From NCBI GenBank assembly GCA_049999805.1, contig JBNGIO010006336.1, positions 86,110-146,346 on the forward strand: 60,237 nt of DNA. The letters are read 5' to 3'. Shown piece by piece: positions 26,160 to 38,313 of this stretch. This DNA comes from Folioceros fuciformis. Its lineage: Eukaryota. The stretch's first letter is position 1. The number at the start of each line of letters is the position of its first letter. A program made the translations under genes and the position numbers. The notes below the pieces were generated by a model. That model did no database searches, was not told the origin of the DNA, and saw only the letters and a list, made by a program, of their open reading frames with translations.

Positions 26160-28129
26160 GGCTACTCTGCGACCACTAATCAGCTGGCATTAAAACAGAG
26201 ACGGGGTGTGTAGGACGAGGGTTAGTATTTCGAGGGTTGGCCACCTCCAGAGCTACCCTCGTGCAGACAGATACATGCACATACTGACCTACGACTCTTA
26301 TGGATGAATGCCTGTAGAAGCAGCTTCTTGTCCTCCTCGCATGGACTCAGTCCCCGCACAGCTCATGGAGCCCAATCTGCCCATTGTTGATGTACACAAC
26401 ACAGTGCCACGGCGCGGATCCGAGGTCTGTCAAGCAATACGGGTCCTTAGGGCAGGTGCAACAAAAGACTCTCGTCATCACTTCAAACATGAAACAAGAA
26501 AACAGTATGGAATGTTAACAGCCTGGCCTCACAGCAGCCGTCTTGGAGAGGAAGCAAGGCGTGCACGACCTTTGCCTATTCATGGGAAGAAGACCGCCCC
26601 CTGAATGCATGTTTCTTCCTTTCCACAATCCTTCGTTTACGTGAAGGCATGTCCTTTTCGCTGCCAGGCTTTACGGCGAGAATCTTAGACTTCGCATGTG
26701 CCTGGATGGTAAACCATCGTGGCACCTATCAGGTGCCTATTGGAGGGCGGTCATTTCAGGGTATCCGTAGATCTCATGCTAGGCTGAGAAAGGACGCGGC
26801 AGGAAGGTTTGCGGCCAGAAAGTTTTTCGTTTGTCAGCTTGCCAGCGGCATATGATACATGCAGCTCATGGCAAGAGCTGGAGGAGGGTGAGCAAATGAA
26901 TTCATGCTCATGTTTTGGAATGTGACCCGGAGTCGGATGAGTTTGGTCGGTGGATTTGTATGCCAATTGTGGGTGTAAGGTGGACCGCCCGGAAGGTGTT
27001 TGATGGCTGGTTCCAGCGAGATGTGGTGACGGGGAATGTGACGCTCGCAGAATGTTCTCAGCAGGAGGAACATCAAGAAATAGCAACAGTGAGGGAGAAT
27101 CGTGAGATGCACCACCAAGCTGGGGATATGCCGAATGCACGGACGTCTAGGATGGGAAGGAGGTGAACTGAGGTGGGAGATTCGACCGTGGTAGGACACC
27201 GGGAAGGTATCCCCTGTTCCACCTTCGTCTTCTCCCCTTCCTGTTCGTTCATCGACCCCGGATCGGGGGTAAAGTCGGATCGCGCAATGCAAAACGAAGT
27301 CCGCGAGAGTGTGGAATTTTCTCGTTCTCGCTTGTTTTCATTTCTCGTGCTGAAGGACGAATTCCATTTAAATGCTAACGAATTACTGACGAACCACCGC
27401 CCTCAGTTGATGACTGTACCAACTCATGATTTCATCCGTTAAAGCCCTGTGTATCATCCGAGTGACGAGCAAACTCACCAGGAGACCCGCAACGTAACAG
27501 GATAGTAGTGGCGCCGAACCTGGAGACTTCACTACGAGGACAAAGGATTCAACGGGGGCTGCTACCGGTAAAGAAAACGCACAAGAAACGCTTCCAAGCG
27601 GAAGGACTCAGCAGTGCAACAGCCCATATCGACCCTCTGTGGCCTCCAATCCAAGGCCGATAAAAGGACTTAGTGTGTAACAGATACCACTTCCCGACAC
27701 GGACGCGTAAAACCTGCACAGGCTGTCAACAGCACCTAACAAAAAAGTGCGACTAGCACCTGCTCACCCTTAAACCTGCTCATGCCTCGATATGAGTATA
27801 GCATTGAAACCTCTTATGACGCAAAAACTGCTTAGGTCGCACAGTTTTGATGTTTCCTCCATGAAGGTTTGGCCTGCCGTCCCATTCCACCATTTGGTTC
27901 CAGTAAGCAAGGCTGGAGAATATATGGACTCCCTGTATGTATGGCGGTTCACATCACGGACATCGTGCTCACCCTGCGAGGTCCAACCTAGCAATGACAG
28001 CCCAGGAGATGAGTTACCTTCAAAAATGTGCAACCCTCCCGTAGGTGTTTGGATGTATGACGTTATTGCAAGCTACCCTTTCAGAAATGCGATCATTCAC
28101 ACAACATCGCCTTGGACCCCGTCGGCTAC

Positions 28130-31100
28130 TCATGGACCCTTCTGCATAACTTGCTTGAATGTTTGTACCATCCATTCCGCATATCCTACGAACCCGTATG
28201 ACCGGTCTTCAACCATAGTAGAAAGTAGCAAATTCCCCTCTCTAGGTTGGTCTCCTTGGCGTATTGCCACACACTGTTGATACGAAGCAGGCTCATGCTC
28301 CCTTAATATTTTCAACAGACTATGTAGATGCTTTGAAACTATGTTTTTTTGCTCTCTCACCGGGACCTGTTAGCACATTATTACCAACAAAGACTACATT
28401 AGCAACCACGTCTGGGGATCAGTCGGCGATGCCAGGGACTGAAAGGTGAGAGATGCAAGGATGTCAATAGACTGCTTGACCTCTAAGCTTGACTCCTACC
28501 TTGCTTATGTCTGAGAGGTTCACAGCTTCAGGGCCGAGAATATTTGCGAGAACCTCTTGGGATAACATCTTTCCAATCCACAGTACACACCGTAAGCCAT
28601 CATCCAAGATATAGGCTCCACGTGGGTCAAGCCTCTCTGAAGAAAGGGGAAGCGATGGAGGCGAGTATTTTGGCAAAGTCTCTCCCGAAGTTACGACCTG
28701 CATGGCACCATGCGCTCTTATCCATTTGCTGAGCATCTCAGAAAAAGCAAACAGGATCATACACTAACCTGTAGAAGATGTTCATCAACCCGGTACAATG
28801 AAGGATAAAGTAGTTCTAGAAGTCGTGGTATGGAAATCGTCATGATCTCATAGGCACAGGCTGATCGTTCATCCGGCTGTGCATCCAAAGCACCTCCTCT
28901 CAATGCCAATGATTTGCAAATCGCTAGGGTGTACAGTGGAAGAAGCCTCAAAGATTCTGGGTATATCAGTCTTCCTGCTATTTGATGACTAGCTGCAAAC
29001 ATATTCCGGTACTCCCGCAAACTGCGAACCAATCTCAACTGCGTCACGTGCCGGGCATCCTCGAGTTTCGCAGACATTGATTTTTCAACCGCTACATTCA
29101 ACACGCAAATTGGTACCAGTTAGAAGCGACACAGACATCGACACTCTACTATCACAAAGCAGACAAAACACGAGGCTGAGAGTTACAACAATACCAAGCC
29201 TGCTCAATAGAGCCACAGCAGCTCCACAATCAGCTGTCCGATACATCTCAGAAAGGTCGCCAACCACTGGAGTGGCCATCGTATGCACTCTAATACGCCT
29301 TTCCCCTGATGATGATGTGTAGCTGCCAGCAAGTCAAGGGAGACGAGGTCCAAAGTGCAAATGTCTAGAAGCAAATTTGGACCAAAAAGCAATCCCTGAC
29401 TGTTCAAAACAGCTAAACTTGCCCATCCTAGGAGGACCTTGCAAAGGATACAGCAGAGCAACTTGGAAATAGACTGTTTGTGTTGTCAGCAGAGTGTCAT
29501 CCAATGATATCTGCAGACCAAACGCTTTGTCGCAATCTACAGCTGGCAGCGCCAGCAAATCTGTGCTCCTTAACATGAAATGGCCATGGAAAGTTGAAAA
29601 CCTTAACCCTGGACACACCACAGACGGGCAACATAAGGGGTGGGAAAACATCCGAGGCCTCACACACCAAAGCAAAACATTCGACAGCAACGCCTACATT
29701 ACCTTTGCCACATCTTATGCGCATAACAGCTTCCCAAGCGGTTTCTCTTGTCAAGTCCCTTGATAGATCATATCTGAACTTCTCCCCATGCAAGTGAGCC
29801 TGAAACCCGGGGTAGAAATACACCTGACCACCAGTATACTTCGCTAATGTACCTGCATTAAACATCGGTTCCGAATGACAATATGTCAGAGCAAATGGCC
29901 AGAAGGTGAATAATTTCCACCTGGTTGGTTGCTTCAGGCCCTTGCTCACCTAGAGATGCTAGATCCGTGTATCTTTCAGAAAATGCATACACATTGATAC
30001 CGATCTGAAACTTTGAACAGTCACCAGCCATTGTTTTATAGAATGGGTCCTCGGTAACGCGAATTGTATGTTCTCGATCAGTGCCATATATACGACCATC
30101 TTCACCTCTTAGCTTGAGACGTCCATTGCCTAAAGAAGGCAGAGTACTTTGAAAGATGAGCACCTTGCCTCCCAGTGGACTCTGCAACAGGGTTGTTCCA
30201 CGCAAGAGGCATTTCAAAATTTTGAGAAAAGGAAACACAACAAGAGCTCAAAAAAAAAAAGGGCGAAATGGCCAGCATCCTCCTCAATTACCATCAGAGT
30301 ATATGTGGCACGCAGGGCCGGACCAAGGGCTGATTCGATGTTGAGTGAGCTCTGGAACATTGCAGGTAGACTGTCTAGAAGGGCTTCTACAACTTTCCGT
30401 GATTCGGAAAGGTTCACCAGTAAATCCTCTGGCACTGGAAGGAACGGGTCTTCCAGGTCTGCCACCACCATCATCTGAGGCTGTGTCAAGGTACCCTGTG
30501 CAACCAACACAGGGATCAGACCCCAGGAAAACAAAACTACCGGCAAACTAGGGATTATGAGAAAGCACCTCCAAAACGAAGTGAGGTCAGTCTACTCAGG
30601 CACAGATGCTAGTCTACCTTCAGCATGTGGAAATGCAGGGTGCTGTCGAATGTGAGAAAACCAATCTGTGTCCTCGGAAAACCTGGCAGGCTGTCTAAAC
30701 TTGATCTTATAGTATCAACAGCCACCTGCACCGACCTTCACAGGAGGCATTCAGAAGCTTGCAAAACAAACAAGGTCAATGACTTGAGTGACTGCGAAAC
30801 CCATGTTCAGCAGCAGCTCCCCAATAACCGGGCACTGCAAAGAAACAGAGGCAAAGATGTTGCGTACCTGCAGCATTCCAGATCTCACTGATGCCGAAGA
30901 GACATCAATTAAGAAGAAGTAAGAAGGCGGCATGGGAGCCCTGACCATGTACTCAGTTGGAGCAACAAATTCCACACTGCCCTTGCAGAGTTCTGGCCTT
31001 TCGTCGGCATCCCTTCGCCTTCCAGTTTCATCAACAGGGCAAAAGTAATCCACCGGAACTGGCACAAACGGCTGAAAGGTCAGTATTCGAGTTCCAAGGC

Positions 31101-32807
31101 GTGAGTTTAAGGCCTCACATTAAAGGAGACAATACCCTCGTTCAGTAGAGTGCAAACATTGCAACGCCATCTTCTTCCACCATCCAGAAAAACTACGTAA
31201 GGATTTATGTAAGTGCGACACCGCCTGCATCTCACGATATTTGAAGCCCCAAAATTGACAACCGGTACTTCTTCCTGAGAAATTCAACCAGAGTGACTTA
31301 AGCCAACCAACAAACAAACCTACCGAAGCACAAGGCAGCCTAGAACCTCAGCGGTCCCACATGTCACTCAAATCACAATGGGCTCGGGAGGAACTCCTAC
31401 CCCCTTGGGTGCTTCAGCAAGAGGGTGGACGATGGTACCAAGAGGAAGATGCCAGCGAGCGAGGAGGGAATTCGAATTAGGCATGGCATTAGTAGTCAGC
31501 CGCATGAATCGAGGATGACAGTTAGCCACATACGCACGATCGGGGGAGTCTGACTGATCAGACGGCCGCGGGAGGATGGCAGGATCAATCGATGAATCCA
31601 GAGCCCCTGGAACCGGGACCACGGACAGTGACTGAAAATCTTCCTGCACAGCTTGCATGCTCGAATTCTGCGTCGTAAGATAACCTCCCACAAGAGGAGA
31701 CCCGTCCAATGCAGATCCACCAGCATACGCTGCAGCTCCTCCGGCAGCACCATAAGAACTAGGAGGGGGGCCGATCGGCGGTCTTCCGAAGGAGGAAGCT
31801 TGAGGGGGAGAAGCAGATCCATAAGTTGGCGGTCCTCCATACGGAACGCTCGTGGGAGGGGCCGATGAAAACCTAGTTCCAAAAGTAGGGGGGGCTACAG
31901 GAGGTGCACCAAAATCGTCTCCTTGAGTGTAGGCAGGGGGCACCTGGGAAGGAGGGGGTCCAACCGCCCTGACGCCCCCGGGAAGAGAGGGAGGAGGAGG
32001 AGAAACCGAGCTCGCCACTCCCGTACCTGGCAGTCTGGGAGGGGGTCCCATGGGGACAGGCGGAGTGGCCGGCGGTGGTTGGGGGAAAGGAGCAGCTGAG
32101 GGAGCAGGCGGAGGACGGAACATGGAGGGAGGAGAAGCCCCGGCAACCAGGGAAGCCGATAGCAATGACCCGCCCTGTCCCGGCGGAGCTCCAAAAGGAG
32201 GAGGAGGCCTCGAAAACTGAGATGCGGCCACAGGAGCAGAAGCCGGAGGTCCTGCATATCCTGGTGCCTGGGAAAACCCCCCTAAAGGAGCACCTGCTGC
32301 CTGCAATCCTGGGGGACCTGGAGGGCCAGCGGGAGGTCCTGGAAGACCCGTGGGAGGCCCTGGAATGCCTGCGGGGGGCCCTGGAAGGCCTGCAGGCGGC
32401 CCTGAAACGCTTGTGGGAGGCCCTGGCAGTCCTGAAAGCGGCCCCGGAGCTTGGAGGAGATTGTAGGGCCCCGGGACCTGCTGCGGAGGCTTCAAGCTTC
32501 TGATCGGCTGATGTGCAAAGGGCGATTGTCCAGAACCCGGTGGCGGCCCCGATCCGGGTCCTGGCTGCGCGGGAGGGACTCCCAAAAGCCCCCCATGCCG
32601 TGGCCCCGTGCCGAACACCGGGGGGGGCCTCGAAACGACTGGTGCACCTGCAACATCCATGGCCAATTCAAGCTCCAGCGCCAAAATTCCGCATCAACCC
32701 TAGCTCCGCTCTGCTGCAAACAGTAGCTCACCTGCGTAGGAGGGGCGTGGCCCGCCTGATGAAAACGAGGACACAGGCTCAGGGCCCGGGACTTGATCCG
32801 CGTCCAT
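28130..32807 (-). CDS. SEC24: COPII coat subunit SEC24 (SEC24A-like), multi-exon, with a Pro-rich N-terminus
   Basis: [13 protein letters not shown], zinc finger [87 protein letters not shown], gelsolin-like C-terminus ending QKGP*. Confidence 0.95.
29323..29451 (-). other. U12-type (minor spliceosome) GT-AG intron in SEC24
   Basis: 5' splice site CT|GTATCCTTT and branch site CCCTTGAC about 10 nt before the CAG|. Removal gives the conserved [15 protein letters not shown]. Confidence 0.85.
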
Positions 32808-33379
32808 AGCTCCCGATTCTCTTCTGCCTCCACTCCCAGACGACTTTCGTCACTCAACTACACTACACATCACTCCGTCGCACTCCAATAACCCTTTGAT
32901 TCCGCCCCGCCGGCCGCAACGCCTGGTTAACTACACCCGCTCTCATCACTACAACTGCGACGCGTAACCGCGGTAAATAAATACATAAAGCTCGCGGGTT
33001 CAATTCACATCAGTAACAACGCTGGTTTGCGGACATCGCACAAGAGAGTGTGTAACACAGCTTGTTAAAACAGGCTGTGGACATGCAGCCTTAGGAAATG
33101 AATGTAGCACTACTTTCATACTACTTGGAGGACTGCGAGTTCTCCTTTCCTGCTATGTACTTGGAGGAGGCCTTGAGCCGGTGTCTAGTGTTCAACATCT
33201 TTTCTTGCTCTTGCGTGGTTCTGTTCTGACCTCGCTGAAAGGGGGCGCTAGTACGTCTCTCCTTATGCGAATTTTTTACTTCAGCAAACACACTGAACCC
33301 TACCACAAGAGGAGAGGCAGAGCTGCTTGGAGCAAAAGAACAGGCGCTGGCTCCTACAGTCCTCCCATAGTTCTCATTC

Positions 33380-36300
33380 TCAGGGTCGACCCTTGCAACT
33401 GCAAGAACCATCTGCAAATCGATGCACACGGTATCCATCCCTCACGACAATGTCTCTGTGTTCTAGCCTGGACATGATCTCCGTGGAACTGTGGCAGTCA
33501 CTGCACATGCGTAGATTCTTCGTTACCACCAGGGGTGTCCCACTGGGAGTGTTCAGAAGACCGAACGCCAGAGCTAGCTTCTCAGCATGCCCGCAAAGCG
33601 CATCTTCCTTTTCCTTCTCGCACAATGGCTTCAGCACCAACTTCGTGTGCGGTGCGTGGCCGCCTTCCTGCCGTAGACGTGCATTCGTGCTCTCTACCTT
33701 CAGGGCAATGTCCTCCCTCCTTTCTCCCACCAGAAATCTATGTACCTGCTTGTTCACCTCAATGGTCGCCGCGGCAGGTTTCTTGTGAGCTCCTGCTACC
33801 GTTCTCTGTGTTTCAATCCTGCCTGCGTCGCTCCACCTGCCTTCGTCTGCGTAGGCGTTGGCCATGAGCACGTATGCGGACGCTTGCTGCGGTTCCAGTG
33901 CAACCAGACTCTCAAAACACCAGACGGCCCTCTCCAGGTCCCCGTGGCTCTTGCATGCATTCAACAGGGACGTCAAACCTACAGCGTTCCTCTGGCCTTC
34001 TTCACATGACAGTAGCATATTCTCTGCCTCGTCTAGGTGGCCTGCACGTCCAAGAAGATCGATCATGCAGTTGTGGTGCTCGATAGTAGGTTTTATACCG
34101 TGCTCTTCAGTCATGGAATCGAAGTGCTTTCGTCCCTCGTGGACCAGTCCCCCGTGACTGCACGCTGCTAGAAGGCAGATAAAAGTAACCCCGTCAGGCT
34201 GGACGCCAGCGGCTAGCATCTCATCAAAACAAGCTAGCGCTTTGCGACCATCGTCACAAGTACCGTATCCAGATATCAGGGCATTCCATGTCACCACATT
34301 CTCTGTGGCCATGCTGTTGAACACCCGGCGTGTATCATCCAGCTCACCGCATTTTGCATACATGTCCATCAGGCAGGTGCCCAACGCTACATCCAGCAGT
34401 CCTCTTTCCACAATCTGTGAGTGTAGATCCCTGCCCTTCTGTAAGGCGCCGCTGCTTGCGCAGGCCTTCAAAACGCAAGAAAACGTAACGTGGTCAGCCA
34501 AAATGAGGCTCTCCTGCTCCATTTGTCCATACAGAACAAGAGCCTCTTGGCTTTGTCCTTGCTGTACATACCCAGCTATCAGGGCATTCCATGTCACCAC
34601 ATCCTTGGTGGCCAAGCCTTCAAAAACCTGATGTGCATCTTTCAGTTCACCACACTTTCCATACATGTCCACCAGGCAGTTGCCTAGCAATACATTATCC
34701 AGGAGTCCTCGTTCAACAAGCTGTGAGTGCAACTCCCTCCCCTTCTCCAAGGCACCAGTGATCGCGCAAGCCTTCAGAAGGCAAGCAAAAGTAACATGGT
34801 CAGCAAGAACGAGGCCCTCTTGCTCCATTTGTCCGTACACAGCAAGCGCCTCTTGGCCGAGTCCCTGCTGTGCATACCCAGCAATCAGCACCGTCCACGT
34901 GACCACATCCTTTGTGGCCAAGCTGTCGAAAACCTGGTGGGCATCTTCCAGTTCTCCGCATTTTGCATACATGCCCACCAGACAGTTGGCCAGCACTACG
35001 TCATCCAGCAGCCCCATTCTGACAATCTGTGAGTGCAGCTGCCTGCCATTCTGTATGGCACCAGAGTTAGCACATGCCTTGAGAAGGCAAATGAAAGTCA
35101 CATCGTTAGCCACAAGCAAACCCTCTTGCTCAAATTGCCCATACAATTCAAGTGCCTCACGACCGAGTCCTTGCTCTGCATACGCTGATATCAGGGCATT
35201 CCATGTCAAAGCATCCTTTTTGGCCATGCTGTCAAAAACCTGGCGTGCATCTTCCAGTTCACCACAGTTTGCATACATGTCTATCAGGCAGTTGCCCAAC
35301 ACTACGTCATCCAGAAGCCCTCTTCCCACAATCGCCGAGTGCAGCTGCCTACCCTTCTGCAAGGCACCAGTGCTTGCACAGGCCTTAAGAAGGCAGGAGA
35401 ATGTGACCTGGTCAGCCAAGATAAGGCCCTCCTGCTCCATTTGTCCATACACGACCAGCGCCTCTTGGCCGAGTCCTTGCTGTACATACCCAGCAATCAG
35501 TGCCGTCCATGTCACCACATCCTTTGTGGCCAAGCAGTCAAAAACCCGACGTGCATCCTCAAGTTCACCACATTTTATGTACATGTCCATCAGGCAGTTG
35601 CCCAACACTACGTCATCCAGCAGTCCCTTTTCAACAATCTGTGTGTCCAGCTCCCTGCCCTTCTGCAAGGCGCCAGTGCTTGCACAGGCCTGCAGAAGAC
35701 AAGCAAAAGTCACATGGTCAGCCAAAATGAGCCCCTCCTGCTCCATTTGTCCGTACAGAACAAGTGCCTCTTGGCTGCGTCCTTGCTGTGCATATCCAGA
35801 AATTAGCACCGTCCACGTCACAACATCCTTTGTGACCATGTCCTCAAACACCTGATGTGCGTCATTCAGTTCACCACATTTGGCATACATGTCTACAAGG
35901 CAGTTGCCCAACACCACGTTACCCAGCAGTCCTCTTTCCACAATCTGAGAGTGCAGCTGCCGGCCCTCCAGTAAGGCACTAGTGCTCGCACAGGCCTTTA
36001 AAAGGCAAGCAAAAGTGACATGGTCAGCCAAAATGAGGCCCTCCTGCTCCATTTGTCCATACACAACAAGCGCCTCTTGGCCGAGTCCTTCCTGTGCATA
36101 CCCAGCTATTAGCGCTGTCCAGGTCACCACATTCTTTGTCGCCATGCTGTCAAAGACCTGGCGTGCTTCTTCCAATTCACCACATTTTGCATACATGTCC
36201 ACCAGGCTGGTGCCCACCAGGATGTCATCCAGCAGCCTTCTTTGCACAATCTGTGAGTGTATCTGCCTGCCCATCTGCAATTCACCAGTGCTTGCACAGG

Positions 36301-37489
36301 CCTTCAGAAGGCAAGCGAAAGTAACATGGTCAGATAAAATGAGGCCCTCCTGCTCCATTTGTCCGTACAGAAGAAGCGCCTCATGTCCAAGCCCTTGCTG
36401 TGCATACCCAGCAATCAGTGCATTCCATGTTACCACATTCTTTAATGCCATGCTGTCAAAGACCTGGCGTGCATCTTGCAGTTCACCACATTTCGCATAC
36501 ATGTCCACCAGGGAGGTGGCAACAAACACATCTGGAGGAATGCCACTGTGAAATACATCACAGTGCACATTCCTGCCAGATTCCAAGTCGGCGGCAAATG
36601 CGCACGCTTGAAGGGCAGCTACGAAGACGTGAGCATCCGCCTTCACTCCTGACCTGCGCATGTCATGGTACAGTTGCACGGCCTCCTTTGGTTTCCCATG
36701 CTTTGCGTATGCGGAGATTATGGAAGACCACATGAAGACATCTGGTCTCCCCACCTTGTTGAGCACATTCCTGGCTTCCTCTAGCCTACCTCCATTTGCA
36801 TACATGCGCAGGATATGATTTCCCAAGTATGCATTCGACTCGTACCCAAGTTTGACAATGAGATTATGAAGTCGTCGCCCCACAACCAGGTCCTTCTTAG
36901 CCGTACACAGTTTCAGCACAGTGTAAAGCAGAGACCGAGAAATGGCAGATTCTGTCTGTGCCAGAGATTCCAGGGCTCCAACTGCCTCAGAAAGCTTTCC
37001 CTGCTGACATAACAGGGTCACAGTTCCAGTCGTTACGAAGCCCATCTCCGATCCTGCGCGCCTGCCAGGTTCAGACTCGTTATCCAGGGACCTGGACTTG
37101 GAAGCAGAGGCACCATGACCCATCTGCATATCCACGGACACGAGCTGCTCATCAACCCAAGATGGTTTAAACACGTCATTTAACCACAGGACCTCGCCGG
37201 ACCCCTTACGCCGGAAGTCAGGCGAGCTGGAGCTCCTGGTGCCTCCTCTGTTGTCCCACCACATCGTAGGGTCCAGGAAAAATTGTTGCCACAAGTGCTC
37301 CTGCTCCTGGCGGCGACCATCGCTGGAAAGCGGAGGTTCTGGGCTCCTCACACTGCTGCACCTGGAGGCTTGGTTGCTTGCCAGGGCTTGAGCCCGTGAG
37401 CTGAGGGGAGAGGGAGCTCCTCGTAGAATCCCTGTAAACACACCAACGTGTTGGGTCCACAAAGAGTCCGGTTGCCATACTGTGGCCAT
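33380..37489 (-). CDS. PDF-motif + long PLS PPR array (9 S motifs, ~30 repeats) + E1/E2 + DYW:KP domain ending GRP; candidate U-to-C editing factor. True 5' end uncertain
   Basis: 1369-aa ORF with KKPAAATIE, HAEKLA, CSDCH and CSCKGRP*. N-terminal LWQQFFLDPTMWWDNR..SPDFRRKGSGEVLWL..KPSWV. Confidence 0.95.
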   Translation of the reverse strand: MATVWQPDSLWTQHVGVFTGILRGAPSPLSSRAQALASNQASRCSSVRSPEPPLSSDGRRQEQEHLWQQFFLDPTMWWDNRGGTRSSSSPDFRRKGSGEVLWLNDVFKPSWVDEQLVSVDMQMGHGASASKSRSLDNESEPGRRAGSEMGFVTTGTVTLLCQQGKLSEAVGALESLAQTESAISRSLLYTVLKLCTAKKDLVVGRRLHNLIVKLGYESNAYLGNHILRMYANGGRLEEARNVLNKVGRPDVFMWSSIISAYAKHGKPKEAVQLYHDMRRSGVKADAHVFVAALQACAFAADLESGRNVHCDVFHSGIPPDVFVATSLVDMYAKCGELQDARQVFDSMALKNVVTWNALIAGYAQQGLGHEALLLYGQMEQEGLILSDHVTFACLLKACASTGELQMGRQIHSQIVQRRLLDDILVGTSLVDMYAKCGELEEARQVFDSMATKNVVTWTALIAGYAQEGLGQEALVVYGQMEQEGLILADHVTFACLLKACASTSALLEGRQLHSQIVERGLLGNVVLGNCLVDMYAKCGELNDAHQVFEDMVTKDVVTWTVLISGYAQQGRSQEALVLYGQMEQEGLILADHVTFACLLQACASTGALQKGRELDTQIVEKGLLDDVVLGNCLMDMYIKCGELEDARRVFDCLATKDVVTWTALIAGYVQQGLGQEALVVYGQMEQEGLILADQVTFSCLLKACASTGALQKGRQLHSAIVGRGLLDDVVLGNCLIDMYANCGELEDARQVFDSMAKKDALTWNALISAYAEQGLGREALELYGQFEQEGLLVANDVTFICLLKACANSGAIQNGRQLHSQIVRMGLLDDVVLANCLVGMYAKCGELEDAHQVFDSLATKDVVTWTVLIAGYAQQGLGQEALAVYGQMEQEGLVLADHVTFACLLKACAITGALEKGRELHSQLVERGLLDNVLLGNCLVDMYGKCGELKDAHQVFEGLATKDVVTWNALIAGYVQQGQSQEALVLYGQMEQESLILADHVTFSCVLKACASSGALQKGRDLHSQIVERGLLDVALGTCLMDMYAKCGELDDTRRVFNSMATENVVTWNALISGYGTCDDGRKALACFDEMLAAGVQPDGVTFICLLAACSHGGLVHEGRKHFDSMTEEHGIKPTIEHHNCMIDLLGRAGHLDEAENMLLSCEEGQRNAVGLTSLLNACKSHGDLERAVWCFESLVALEPQQASAYVLMANAYADEGRWSDAGRIETQRTVAGAHKKPAAATIEVNKQVHRFLVGERREDIALKVESTNARLRQEGGHAPHTKLVLKPLCEKEKEDALCGHAEKLALAFGLLNTPSGTPLVVTKNLRMCSDCHSSTEIMSRLEHRDIVVRDGYRVHRFADGSCSCKGRP

Positions 37490-38198
37490 CGTTTAGAGAC
37501 CGTATGTCAGAACGTGAATCTAATAACGGACTACAGCTGGATGCCCAGGTGGTGCCTATGGCCACACCATCTTGAAGAACACATCTTGAAGGACGTCTGA
37601 CGGCCCTCAAGTACGTGCCCGGGAAAACGAGCACGCCACGGATTCGAAGTTTTGGACACCAACTGAACGATCAAACTAAATCGGTCCAAAAACCCTTGAT
37701 TCCAGAAGCGCAGGGATTCATGTGATCCTGATAACTGTCGAACACCAACCGAGGCACGTTGTGATGATAGAGCCATGCATTTAAGTCCTTGACTCAATCA
37801 CACCGTGGAGGAGCATTGGGTCTACCCTCAAGAAAAAAACCATGTCCATCAATGCCGAACGAGCTCGGTATTCCAGAATGCCTGATCGTCAGAAATTTTA
37901 GCTGGCACATCGCACTGATGGAGAAGCTTGAAGTTCTGCAAAGGTCTGATTCGAGTCTCATTCACAAGGAAATTCAGCGCAGACGACAGGACATCCGAAG
38001 CGCTGGACATGAATGCAACAGTCCAGCATCCAGGACACCAGGTGCCGCTTGCCCGCGGGCTGCTCATCAGCGATACGAACTCTGTCTGACCGGCTTCACA
38101 TGACTAGCCTATGGGAGCATTGCTTGCGTTTGCTTGAAGGCCGAAACACCGCCATATCCCAGTTGCCGCAAAAAATTGCGGGAACCCACAGGCCTCGT

Positions 38199-38313
38199 GC
38201 TCGGCAACAAGCACGGTGCATACTTGTAGAAAAACATTCGCTCGGCAACAAACATTGTGTATCCTGGTAGAAAAACATTCGCTCGGCATGAAACATTGTA
38301 CATCCTTGTAGAA
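38199..38313. repeat. 41-bp tandem repeat, ~2.8 copies
   Basis: Unit ~GCTCGGCAACAAACATTGTGTATCCTTGTAGAAAAACATTC starting at 38199, 38240 and 38281. Confidence 0.9.

Noticed and set aside
27508-27530. TGGCGCCGAACC, resembling a retroelement PBS or tRNA 3' end
   Set aside because: No cloverleaf, LTR or retroelement ORF nearby.
32300-32440. GPP-rich 21-bp repeats resembling collagen
   Set aside because: They are part of the normal Pro-rich disordered N-terminus of SEC24, with a 7-aa period rather than a continuous Gly-X-Y pattern.
34242-36551. Long repetitive plus-strand ORFs antisense to the PPR gene (also seen opposite the other PPRs and TRM)
   Set aside because: These are shadow ORFs caused by codon bias and repeat structure; they have no independent protein features.
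38199-38313. 41-bp repeats as a CRISPR array
   Set aside because: The units are contiguous with no unique spacers, there are no cas genes, and the context is eukaryotic.
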